64,000 nucleotides of DNA from Candidatus Aenigmatarchaeota archaeon (GTDB lineage Archaea; Aenigmatarchaeota; Aenigmatarchaeia; GW2011-AR5), in contig JACPJW010000001.1 of assembly GCA_016187335.1 (NCBI GenBank), forward strand, positions 416,001 through 480,000, written 5' to 3'. The notes under the pieces were generated by a model. The model saw nothing but the letters and a program-made list of their open reading frames with translations. It was not told the origin of the DNA and did no database searches. Positions 46,400 through 54,814 of this stretch are shown here, one piece after another. The stretch's first letter is position 1. Every line of letters starts with the position of its first letter. The position numbers and the translations under genes are program-made.

Positions 46400-46600
46400 A
46401 AATTTTCTAACGTAAAACAAAAACGTTGATTATTTTACAATTCTCTTTTTTATTTCACTATTTATCTTTCTTTTATTTCAAATTATAAAATTCTTTGATT
46501 AATTCTTCAAAATCCCGTGCTTCTCTCGTGCTTTCTGCGTAATTTGCGCCTTGGAAAATCTTTATTAATGGGTTTTTACAAGAACTATAAAGGTGAAGAA

Positions 46601-47236
46601 ATGGTATCCCAGATAGTAGATGTATTATCTCAGTTTACCGTTGGTACAGTGTCTTTCCTGCCAAGCCTGGTTGCTGCCGTCATTCTTCTGGTCATCGGCT
46701 TGGTTGTTGGAAAAATAGTGGGAAGGGTAGTCAAGGAAGCCTTGGAAAAGCTGAAGGTTGACTACTACGTTTCGGAAACCAAGAAGCCCGTTGTGATGCT
46801 GAGCGATTTGTTCGCCCTCATAGCAAGATGGTGGATATACCTTGCGTTCGTAACGGCGGCTTTGTCCACGAACGTTCTTGGCATACCGTCATTGGCGTTG
46901 TGGGTTTCTGAAATCAATGCATTCATCCCGCGAATCATCGGCGCAGCCGTGATTCTGATTTCGGGCTACATCCTGGCTGAGTACATCAGGGGTCACTTGG
47001 TGTCATTGAAGAAACTCTATGCAGAGGTTGTCGGCAAGATGCTATTCTTCTTCGTCATGTACGTGGCGCTTGCGCTTGCCCTGCCTATTCTAGGGGTTTC
47101 AGCAATCCTGGTGAACAACATCCTGATAGTAATCATAGCCTCGATAGGGCTTGCAATGGCAATAGCCCTGGGCCTGGGATTGAAGGACGCTGTTTCTGAC
47201 GTTTCCAAGAGATATGTCAAAAAGCTGAAAGTTTGA
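46601..47236 (+). CDS. TM-helix-repeat membrane protein (CmpX / MscS TM1-like); start re-placed at ATG 46601
   Basis: Repeated FLPSLVAAVILLVIG and FIPRIIGAAVILISG units; C-terminal IALGLGLKD. Confidence 0.8.
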   Translation: MVSQIVDVLSQFTVGTVSFLPSLVAAVILLVIGLVVGKIVGRVVKEALEKLKVDYYVSETKKPVVMLSDLFALIARWWIYLAFVTAALSTNVLGIPSLALWVSEINAFIPRIIGAAVILISGYILAEYIRGHLVSLKKLYAEVVGKMLFFFVMYVALALALPILGVSAILVNNILIVIIASIGLAMAIALGLGLKDAVSDVSKRYVKKLKV

Positions 47237-47266
47237 TTTTTTTGCTTTCATTTCAATTTTTCATTT

Positions 47267-47611
47267 CTAATGACTAGGCCGCCAAGCAATGGGATTGAGG
47301 CCTGATATTTCCCACCATGAAAAATCCTTGCCGGTTAAAATTTCCCTCGGGTCGTGTATTCCCGCTTTTCCGGAATGAACCGGCAGTTCTACCCCTTCCA
47401 GTTCCTGCTCACTTACAACACAGTAGTGTTCGTCGGATCTGGCGTGGCTGAATACAAGCCTGATTGAAGCAATCCCCGGAGCGATATACCCTTTATCCCA
47501 TAATTGCTGGTACGGCTCAAGCCCTCTGAAAGCAAAGGGAAGGTTCGTCTCCCTGCGGTTTTTCAGATAATTTTCAATAGTTCCGTCCCTTTCAGGTTTA
47601 TAAAATGGCAT
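47267..47611 (-). CDS. Hypothetical protein
   Basis: 114-aa ORF, divergent from tRNA-Gly. Confidence 0.5.
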   Translation of the reverse strand: MPFYKPERDGTIENYLKNRRETNLPFAFRGLEPYQQLWDKGYIAPGIASIRLVFSHARSDEHYCVVSEQELEGVELPVHSGKAGIHDPREILTGKDFSWWEISGLNPIAWRPSH

Positions 47612-47653
47612 ACCCTTAGTTCTTAAGAATTAAGCATAAATAGAAATCTTGAC

Positions 47654-47834
47654 GCGATGGTAGTCTAGGAACCCTTTTTCTCGTTGCGCTCGAAAAAGCG
47701 TTCACGGAAAATGGGTTGGAAGATGGTAGGATACAACCTTGCCAACGGCCCTTTTCAAAAAGCGCCGGCGGAAAATGCAAACAGGTTGAGAGGCGAAAGC
47801 CCGACAAACCCGGGTTCAAATCCCGGCCGTCGCA
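47654..47834 (+). tRNA. tRNA-Gly(GCC) with three introns (16/17: 47670-47722; 37/38: 47745-47782; 45/46: 47791-47807)
   Basis: GCGATGG/CCGTCGC + A73; CAACC-TT GCC AA-GGTTG; spliced variable loop AG|AC; CCGGG-TTCAAAT-CCCGG. Central helices TCTA/TGGA, TTGC/GCAA, GTTG/CGAC. Confidence 0.92.
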
Positions 47835-47928
47835 TAAACAAGAAAAAAATAGCCGGAAACAAGGGTCCCAGTCAGGCAACGCATCTCAATTATTTATATA
47901 GCCCCCTGACAAATATTGTATTGATATC

Positions 47929-48411
47929 ATGTTCTTCAAAAAGAAAGACAATTACGAGGAAATAAAGCGCGCCGTTGAAGAGCCTGTTTCTTCCGAGCCG
48001 ACATTGCAGGACCTGGAAATAGAGGACCTGCCGCCGGAAATGCGCTACGACAAGAATTATGCGGAGCCCCGGGACAGCGCGCCTCTTTTCGTCAAGGTGG
48101 AGAAGTACAAGGAACTGATAGGCCTCATACAGGAAATGCGGGCATTTACAAACGGATTGAAGCAGACGTTTTCTGTGATACACGAGTCTGATGCGCTGCG
48201 CAACGATGCCGTTAAAATCATGCGCACGACGGTCCAGCGGCTGGACAAGACCTTGGCAGAAATTGACAGCGAGCTGGTAAGGCCGCGCGGCATTGACATG
48301 GAAAAGCCGCCTTACGCCGGCAGCGAAATGAAATACATTGAAGGATCGCTGTCAGAATTGCAGCGCCATTTGGCTGTTTTGCGCAAGGATCTGCAGGAAA
48401 TGAAGGAATGA
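47929..48411 (+). CDS. Hypothetical coiled-coil protein
   Basis: APLFVKVEKYKE motif followed by heptads; family not confidently named. Confidence 0.7.
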   Translation: MFFKKKDNYEEIKRAVEEPVSSEPTLQDLEIEDLPPEMRYDKNYAEPRDSAPLFVKVEKYKELIGLIQEMRAFTNGLKQTFSVIHESDALRNDAVKIMRTTVQRLDKTLAEIDSELVRPRGIDMEKPPYAGSEMKYIEGSLSELQRHLAVLRKDLQEMKE

Positions 48412-48460
48412 TCAGGTTATCTGGTTCTTAAATATTTCATCAAAAATTACTACATTCAGT

Positions 48461-48732
48461 GCGGCCGTCGCCAAGAGGCCCTTTTTAGAAAAAAGCGTCT
48501 ACGGAAAAACTAAAAAGCGTCTGGAAATCTGGTCAAAGGCGCGGGTTTCACTTGAGTGTTGATGCGCAAGCAGGTGAAAGCGTAACTCAAGGCAGCTGAC
48601 GAGGCTGACGCACTTCGTGCGTCATGCTGTTTGATATCCCGTCGGTTAGTCCGTTCGGCGGTTCGAATGCACCCTTTCTTAGAAAGAAAGCGTGCACGGA
48701 AAGAAATGGTGCCGAAAATCCGCCCGGCCGCA
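48461..48732 (+). tRNA. tRNA-Leu(CAA) with four introns (15/16: 48476-48527; 30/31: 48546-48584; 37/38: 48592-48635; 59/60: 48668-48718)
   Basis: GCGGCCG/CGGCCGC + A73; spliced D arm GCCAAG|TCTGGTCAAAGGC; CGGG|A-CT CAA G|A-TCCCG; variable arm CGG-TTAGT-CCG; GGCGG-TTCGAA|T-CCGCC. The first three BHBs are relaxed (mismatched central helix); the third junction could shift by 1 nt. Confidence 0.87.
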
Positions 48733-48790
48733 TTTATTCAATTTTCGCTTCACCAAAACCCTTAAAACCGCTCACTTTAAAGTAGCAACC

Positions 48791-49564
48791 ATGGATGAGT
48801 ACCTGCTGACAGTGGGCATCGGCGTATTGATTCTTGCGCTCCTGCTGCTGATAACGAATGCCCAGTTCATAACCGGCGCCGCCCCTTCAAGGCAGCTTGT
48901 CCCGGCTACGAGCGTTTTTGACCTTGGCAGTTTCAGCTCAACCTTCGTCAAGGAAACGAAAACTTATGATTTGGGCAGCAAGGAAGTGTCTAATGGTGTT
49001 TTGTTTGGCGAAAACAAGCTGGAGTTCCACGCAGAAGCGCCTGAGATCGAATCAGCACTGGTAAAATTCCGTGTCGCGCGCATGAATGACCTGGGACCTC
49101 TTTTCGTGAAGTACAACGGCGACGTCGTTGAAAAAAAGCGCTACGCTGCGGGGGATTATGCCGTAAGAGTGCCAAAAGAAATGCTTAACGAATCAAGCAC
49201 CATTGAAATGTCTGCTTCATCATCGCTTTGGCAGTTCTGGGCGCCCAATATCTACAGCCTCAGGAATATAAATCTTATAGTGAAATCCTTTGATTTCAGC
49301 CCCGCGGAGCTTAACTTCACGCTTGGCGAGGAATACACAACGCTGAAGCAGGGAAGGATTGAGTTCAGCTTAGAAGAAAACACTGGAAGAATGGCTGTTG
49401 TTCTCAACGGGAAAGAAATCATGAATGATTTTGCGCGCAACGAGCAGTCCGTGCCATTCAGCAAAGAGGAAGCGAGAGCAGGGGAAAACAAAATAAGGAT
49501 TGTGCCGCTGCAGGGCTCGCGCTTCAGCGGAACTGCGCATGTTGTCGTGTTTTGGGAGAAATAG
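48791..49564 (+). CDS. Membrane-anchored beta-rich surface protein (start re-placed at ATG 48791)
   Basis: N-terminal TM LLTVGIGVLILALLLLI; the ORF-track extension overlaps tRNA-Leu. Confidence 0.7.
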   Translation: MDEYLLTVGIGVLILALLLLITNAQFITGAAPSRQLVPATSVFDLGSFSSTFVKETKTYDLGSKEVSNGVLFGENKLEFHAEAPEIESALVKFRVARMNDLGPLFVKYNGDVVEKKRYAAGDYAVRVPKEMLNESSTIEMSASSSLWQFWAPNIYSLRNINLIVKSFDFSPAELNFTLGEEYTTLKQGRIEFSLEENTGRMAVVLNGKEIMNDFARNEQSVPFSKEEARAGENKIRIVPLQGSRFSGTAHVVVFWEK

Positions 49565-49639
49565 AAATTCGTTTTCTGTGTAATGTTTTTGCCTTACTAG
49601 TTTTCTGGAAACCTATATATTGCGCTTCTCACAAATCTA

Positions 49640-49661
49640 TTGCAGAACAAAGTTTCTGCAA
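49640..49661. repeat. Family-C-like palindrome TTGCAGAA-CAAAGT-TTCTGCAA upstream of the giant gene
   Basis: 8-bp arms; loop resembles the GAAC-AAA-GTTC hairpin at 12058-12078. Confidence 0.55.
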
Positions 49662-49708
49662 TTTGTGAAACTATGGTTCCACAGTATTGCAGTTAGTCGT
49701 AACTATCT

Positions 49709-52700
49709 GTGGTAAAGATGACGCTTATACTAAGAATAAACGGGCATAACGTTGCAATAGCCCCGGGCGCTCCTTATCCGACAGGGGCGTTTCCGCCCGC
49801 AGGAGTTGTTTTGCCTGCCGGCGAGCAGGAGCTGGATTTTTATTGCGAAGTCCAGACTGGCGGTCCAGGTGCTATTCCTGCCGGCTACGGTGGAAACTGG
49901 TTCTTTAATTTCTTTTCAGTGGACGACGGGATTTCCATAAATCCCAATCCCGAAACTCCAAGGCCGACAAACGCTGTGAAATTCAAGGCAAAACTGAAGC
50001 CCGGGGCTCACCAGATACTTGTAAGGGTTCAGGGAAGCCTGAGATTGCCGGCAGGGTACCCTCCTGTTGAATACGTCATGTTAACAATAACAATCCCGCC
50101 GCCGATAACGACATTGACAGTCAAAATAAAAAGCCCTGAAAACAATTCCAACGTAGTCCTAAAAAGAACTCCTGCAGGACTGCCTTATCACGACCCCCTG
50201 AATTTTCAGTGCGAAATAAAAGGCGGAAGGTCTCCTTACATTGTCAGATGGTTTTCATATTCTGAATCAAATTTTAATGTATACACCGTGTCCAAAATAC
50301 TCGTACACGAGGAAACGACAAAAAGCGGTTCTGTATCTTTTTCGCGCGGAGGAGAAGAATACCCGGTTCCTGCAAAGACGCTTCCACCTCCTCCAGCGCT
50401 ACCTCCACCGTTTCCACCGCCTCCGGATCCAAAAATTCCGTTCAGCCTGCTTGAAGGCAGGCATACAATTAGTGTAAACGTAGTAGATTCAACTGCGCCT
50501 GCGCCAATAACAGTCGGTGATATGGTCAATATCACGGTGAGCACGGAGCCTAAAAAAGCAGGAGACATACTTCCGGGCGGCGACGAAAGCCTGGGAGGCG
50601 CTGCCCGCGGCAGGGAAGGCATGGGGCTTGCGGGCCTTCCCGGAATCAGGAAAAGGCTCGGCAAAGAAGTGGGAAGGCTTGACTGGTCAAAGCGTGCGGC
50701 AAATCCTGCATTGCGCTCAGCTATCAACAGAGGCAAGAAACTGCTTGACCAGGCGACCAATGCCGCTTACTACAGGCTCTTTGATGGCCCCGGCGGCGTC
50801 CAGCAAAGGCAGCAAAGAAGAATACGGGAGCTTGAGGACGCGAGAAAGGATTACGAAGCATCGATGAACTCACTGAGAAAATATTTCCGGAAATACAAGA
50901 TAAAGGCAGGCGTTCCGTTGCTCGTGACGGCAAGGATGGCATCCGCTCAGGACCTGACGAACATTGCAAACACGATTGCGCAGGAGCAGCCCGCGCTTCA
51001 GGCGCAGATGCAGGAGCACCAGAACGCAATAAAAAGATACCTTGAGCTGCGGGACAAATTCGACGAGACTTCCGAAAACGAAATTGATAAAGCAGGCAAG
51101 GAGCTTCAGGAATATGCAAAGCAAAGGGCAGGAACCTTTGCAACAAGGCTCGGATACCAGTACGGATTCCCTGCTAACCCTCCCGATGAAAGAAACGCCC
51201 TGAAAACCGAGCTTGAACAATACGCTGTTGATATTGCAGAAGAATTCCTGAGGCGCGGAAGGTCAAAATTTTTTGCAGCGGCGAGGTTCATGCGCCGCGT
51301 CGGACTGGGAACGGAAACAATCGCAGAAAGTTATTATAACGTTATCCGCAGCCTGTGGGACCTGATAACCGGTCCTTGGACAATCGCGTGGCTTTTCGTG
51401 GTTGCGCAGTTTTACTTCTCCTTGAGCTACATAGGCTACCAGCCTACCCTGTTGTTCACCATGCCGGCCGGCGGCGCCGTGATGATGTTCCTCATGAACT
51501 TTTCGCAGATAAAACGGCCTCTTGACGGCGTCACGCACGCGGGCGTCGGAGCGCTCTTAGGTCAGGGCATCATAATCTTCATGTTCGCCCTGGGCATCAC
51601 GCCGAACCTCTGGGGATGGGGATGGTTCGTTGGAATATGGTTCATCTTCGGCACCATAGGCGCGTTTGAGTTCTATCCCGTCGGCGGACCGCAGATAATG
51701 TTCCAGACAGCCGTGCTTGTCATCATTTTCGGCTACATAGCACTCGGCCCTTACAAGGGCTACTGGGAACTTGTAAAAGACCAGCTGAGGGCGCCTTTGT
51801 ACACCATGTACGTATCTATGAAAAACGCCGTCAATGACGTCTGGCTGCTGGCTACAAACCCCACTGCCTGGTACGCGAAGCAGCAGGTTATCAATGTCCG
51901 GCCCGAGCAGCCCATATCGTTCCCCGTGGAGATAGAAACGCCTGTTTTTGAAGGCCTGCCGCCGTCAGCGCCGGCAGGCACAGCTTTCTCCGTATCAATA
52001 GTTACGAAAAACAGCGGCAAGCTTGACGCGAAGAACATTGTCATAGAGCACGCATGCAACGAGTGGTGCGAGAACAGGGGCGCAATCGTGCCTGATGCAT
52101 ATCCGCTGCTGCATCCCGGAGAAAGCCAGGCGTTCTTCATGCAGAAGTTCGCAGCAAAGAAAGCCACGGGCCGCGAAGCGGAGTTCCGCCGTGCCCGCGT
52201 ATTCTTCAACATATCATACGTTTACCAGACCAACTCCTCTTTGCGCGTGCAGGTAATAAGCGAGGACGAGTTGAAAAGAAAGTTCCGCGACCGCGAGGAC
52301 GTTTTCAAGCCTGAGCTGGCTACGGACAAGGCAACGTCCGTGAAATTCTCGCTGAACGTAGGGCCGCAGCCGATTGTTTACAATGACAAGAAACAGGACG
52401 GGTCGGCATTCCCCAGCGAGAAGGAACGCCAGGATGCCAACAAAGGGCAGCTGCTCGTTTCCGTCAGCAACCGCAGGCCAGACGGCTTGATTATCCTGAA
52501 GTCCGAGAAGAAGAGCAACGGGGTTATTACGCAAAGAGGCAACGTGGTAATCATTCATTTCCCCGGCTCCGTCGGCAATGGCCTTAACTGCAACGGCCAG
52601 GACGCAAGGACGACAAGGGCCATGGACGGTCCGCCCGAGGACAAGGACAGGTACAGGAATATGGCGAATGAGGATGCGAAAAACGGCAAGGAGCTTGTGG

Positions 52701-54187
52701 TCTACAAAATACCGAAAGACATCGAGATGAAGCCCTTTGAGTTCCAGACGACGTTCGCGCTCTTGTGCGAGTTCAATCTGGCAAAAGTGGATACGCTCCG
52801 CACGGATTACGTTATTGCTGAATTGCCTGAGTACACCTTCAGGCTGCAAAAGACTTTGGACGTCCCAGTCACGCCTCCTATAGGCATACTGTTCGACCCT
52901 GACGAGGACACTTGCTTAAGTAAGTGCGCTGCAGGGATTGGCGTGCCGTGCATTGAAACCAGGTGCACCAGCGCGAGCAATCCTGACAGCTCTGACCAGT
53001 ATCTCCGCAGGCTTTACAACGACCCGAACACGCCGCGGTGCTGGTACGACCCGGTAGGCGGCAATATTGAAAACCCATCCGCATCTGACATACCTGGCCA
53101 GTATATCGGCTCGGCGCTCACGTTCAACAAATGCCGCTCGTGCGGCGCGTTCAGGGGCGACACTGCGTGCGAGGTTTTCTACAACAAGCAGCTCTGCGAC
53201 GAGCAAGGCAGCAAGCAATGCAACCTGAAGTGCAAGTGGACGCCTATTGAGGAGCTGAAGAAAAAGACGGCGCAGCCGACCCAGCAGGAAATCCTGCATG
53301 ACGGAAAATGCGAAAAAATGCCGGAAGCGCCTGCGCAGCCAACAACGCCCGCGGCGCCTGCAACCGGTACTGTTGGTCCTGTTTCAGCTGGCGCAAGCAA
53401 GGAACAGGTTGTAGCAAGAATAGCTGATGTATCAAAAGCAACGGGATTCAGCCAGACGGATGTTGAATGGATTTTGAAGCTTGTGATGACTGAAAGCACT
53501 CTGGCGCACTGCTGGGACGGGACAAATAGCTGCGGTGAAGACAGCAAGAATAGCGTTAAATGCGGCGACAACGGCAATTCCTGCGGATTGTTCCAGCTTA
53601 ACAAGGCTGCGCACCCGCAGTGGTACAATCCGTCGACAGCAGGATGTGATGGAAAGACAGCCTACGATATTGACTGCAACATAAGAGTAGGAGTTTCTCA
53701 CCTAAGGTCACTATACAATAGCTATTATAACAATGCGCCAAGAACGTACGCATGCAAAGGCATTCAATACAGCGGATGGGAAGCTGTGCTGAGGTATTAC
53801 AACGGCTGGCCACCATCAGGATCATCAGCATGCTCGGGAGACCCTAATTATGTCAATAATGTTGAAAGCAAAACAATTCCAGACAGCTACTTGAATATAA
53901 TTGCGTCTGTTTATCAGGGCACTCAATTCGGCGGGCCTAATTACTGCTCCTCGCTGCCAAGCAGGGCAGCGGGCGCGAAATGCCAGATAGGGGAAGGCGG
54001 ATGCAAGAGCACGAGCGAGTGCGAAGAAGTAAGGCAGGAAGTATTGATTAATGGCGAAGTGAAAGTGCTTACGCCTGACTGCAGGGACCCTGGCGCAGGA
54101 ATAAAGCTGTGCTGCTACAGCAAGGTTGAAGGCTTTGATTCCGATGCGCATTGCATAAATAAATACAACCAGAAAAAGAGCGAATGA
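49709..54187 (+). CDS. Giant (1492 aa) multi-domain membrane protein: Pro-rich Ig-like N-terminus, coiled coil, multi-TM block, shared surface domain, Cys-rich region, SLT/lysozyme-like domain, Cys-rich tail
   Basis: Hydrophobic helices at about 51370-51760; many extracellular-type Cys; lysozyme-fold motifs near the C-terminus. Confidence 0.85.
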   Translation: MVKMTLILRINGHNVAIAPGAPYPTGAFPPAGVVLPAGEQELDFYCEVQTGGPGAIPAGYGGNWFFNFFSVDDGISINPNPETPRPTNAVKFKAKLKPGAHQILVRVQGSLRLPAGYPPVEYVMLTITIPPPITTLTVKIKSPENNSNVVLKRTPAGLPYHDPLNFQCEIKGGRSPYIVRWFSYSESNFNVYTVSKILVHEETTKSGSVSFSRGGEEYPVPAKTLPPPPALPPPFPPPPDPKIPFSLLEGRHTISVNVVDSTAPAPITVGDMVNITVSTEPKKAGDILPGGDESLGGAARGREGMGLAGLPGIRKRLGKEVGRLDWSKRAANPALRSAINRGKKLLDQATNAAYYRLFDGPGGVQQRQQRRIRELEDARKDYEASMNSLRKYFRKYKIKAGVPLLVTARMASAQDLTNIANTIAQEQPALQAQMQEHQNAIKRYLELRDKFDETSENEIDKAGKELQEYAKQRAGTFATRLGYQYGFPANPPDERNALKTELEQYAVDIAEEFLRRGRSKFFAAARFMRRVGLGTETIAESYYNVIRSLWDLITGPWTIAWLFVVAQFYFSLSYIGYQPTLLFTMPAGGAVMMFLMNFSQIKRPLDGVTHAGVGALLGQGIIIFMFALGITPNLWGWGWFVGIWFIFGTIGAFEFYPVGGPQIMFQTAVLVIIFGYIALGPYKGYWELVKDQLRAPLYTMYVSMKNAVNDVWLLATNPTAWYAKQQVINVRPEQPISFPVEIETPVFEGLPPSAPAGTAFSVSIVTKNSGKLDAKNIVIEHACNEWCENRGAIVPDAYPLLHPGESQAFFMQKFAAKKATGREAEFRRARVFFNISYVYQTNSSLRVQVISEDELKRKFRDREDVFKPELATDKATSVKFSLNVGPQPIVYNDKKQDGSAFPSEKERQDANKGQLLVSVSNRRPDGLIILKSEKKSNGVITQRGNVVIIHFPGSVGNGLNCNGQDARTTRAMDGPPEDKDRYRNMANEDAKNGKELVVYKIPKDIEMKPFEFQTTFALLCEFNLAKVDTLRTDYVIAELPEYTFRLQKTLDVPVTPPIGILFDPDEDTCLSKCAAGIGVPCIETRCTSASNPDSSDQYLRRLYNDPNTPRCWYDPVGGNIENPSASDIPGQYIGSALTFNKCRSCGAFRGDTACEVFYNKQLCDEQGSKQCNLKCKWTPIEELKKKTAQPTQQEILHDGKCEKMPEAPAQPTTPAAPATGTVGPVSAGASKEQVVARIADVSKATGFSQTDVEWILKLVMTESTLAHCWDGTNSCGEDSKNSVKCGDNGNSCGLFQLNKAAHPQWYNPSTAGCDGKTAYDIDCNIRVGVSHLRSLYNSYYNNAPRTYACKGIQYSGWEAVLRYYNGWPPSGSSACSGDPNYVNNVESKTIPDSYLNIIASVYQGTQFGGPNYCSSLPSRAAGAKCQIGEGGCKSTSECEEVRQEVLINGEVKVLTPDCRDPGAGIKLCCYSKVEGFDSDAHCINKYNQKKSE
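53395..53900 (+). other. Lytic transglycosylase (SLT)/lysozyme-fold-like domain within the giant protein
   Basis: Motif I ILKLVMTES (Glu1262, codon 53492), motif II SCGLFQLN, DIDCNIRVGVSHL, motif III WEAVLRYYNG. Confidence 0.8.
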
Positions 54188-54197
54188 TTCAGAAATC

Positions 54198-54812
54198 TTA
54201 AGGCGGGCGGATGACGCCTGTCCCGCTTCTTGTGGGCTCCACTAGTCTTTGTGCGAGGTTGTACACGTCTAAAAAGTCGGGGTCGTCTATAAACAGCGTA
54301 TCTTTGCCGTCAAGTTTCTTTATCGGAGTCTCTTTCCCCGCATCAAGTTCGCTTTTAGTAAGCCTCCTTACCCTCAGCCATGCATGCCTGTCCCTAAAGC
54401 CCAAAACACTTTCTATTCTTTGCACTAATTCATCCGCTCCTTCTCTCGGGCCGTTATAACAAACAGGAAGCTCCCGTCCTGTAGGTTTCATATGAGGATT
54501 GCCATTATATGTTGTCGGGTCCCCTACATCATATGTTCTGAAGCGTATGCTGCAGGGACCTCTTCCGCCTAAAGATGGCGTATAGCCTGCAAGAAGAAAT
54601 TCTCTGGAAGTATTGTCCTGCCTTCTGTATCCGGTTATTTCTTGAACATTTTCTTCTGCTTTTCTTTCCGCGTAATTTAATCCTTCAACACCCCCGATTA
54701 ATCTGAGACCGCCAACGGCGCCTACAACTGTGAGGGACGCCAGCAGAATCCATCTAACAGCTCTGCCGTAACTTCTTCTCGGCTGATACCCTTGCGGCGG
54801 CTGCGTTGACAT
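54198..54812 (-). CDS. Orphan membrane-anchored protein
   Basis: Pro/Gln/Arg N-terminus, one TM (WILLASLTVVGAVGG). Confidence 0.65.
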   Translation of the reverse strand: MSTQPPQGYQPRRSYGRAVRWILLASLTVVGAVGGLRLIGGVEGLNYAERKAEENVQEITGYRRQDNTSREFLLAGYTPSLGGRGPCSIRFRTYDVGDPTTYNGNPHMKPTGRELPVCYNGPREGADELVQRIESVLGFRDRHAWLRVRRLTKSELDAGKETPIKKLDGKDTLFIDDPDFLDVYNLAQRLVEPTRSGTGVIRPP

Positions 54813-54814
54813 AT

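Noticed and set aside
48591-48637. Alternative 38/39 register for the third tRNA-Leu intron (perfect TCAA/TTGA helix)
   Set aside because: Flanking helices fit worse and it gives G38. The 37/38 register keeps CAGC/GCTG adjacent and gives A38. Not fully excluded; the anticodon is CAA either way.
15502-48732. Split or permuted tRNA genes
   Set aside because: Every tRNA found has all exons in colinear order within one locus.
15483-48790. ORF-track calls overlapping tRNA genes (15483, 15554, 45190, 47684, 47716) and the N-terminal extensions of 39620, 44605 and 48692
   Set aside because: They translate tRNA exons and introns; genuine starts lie downstream of the tRNAs.
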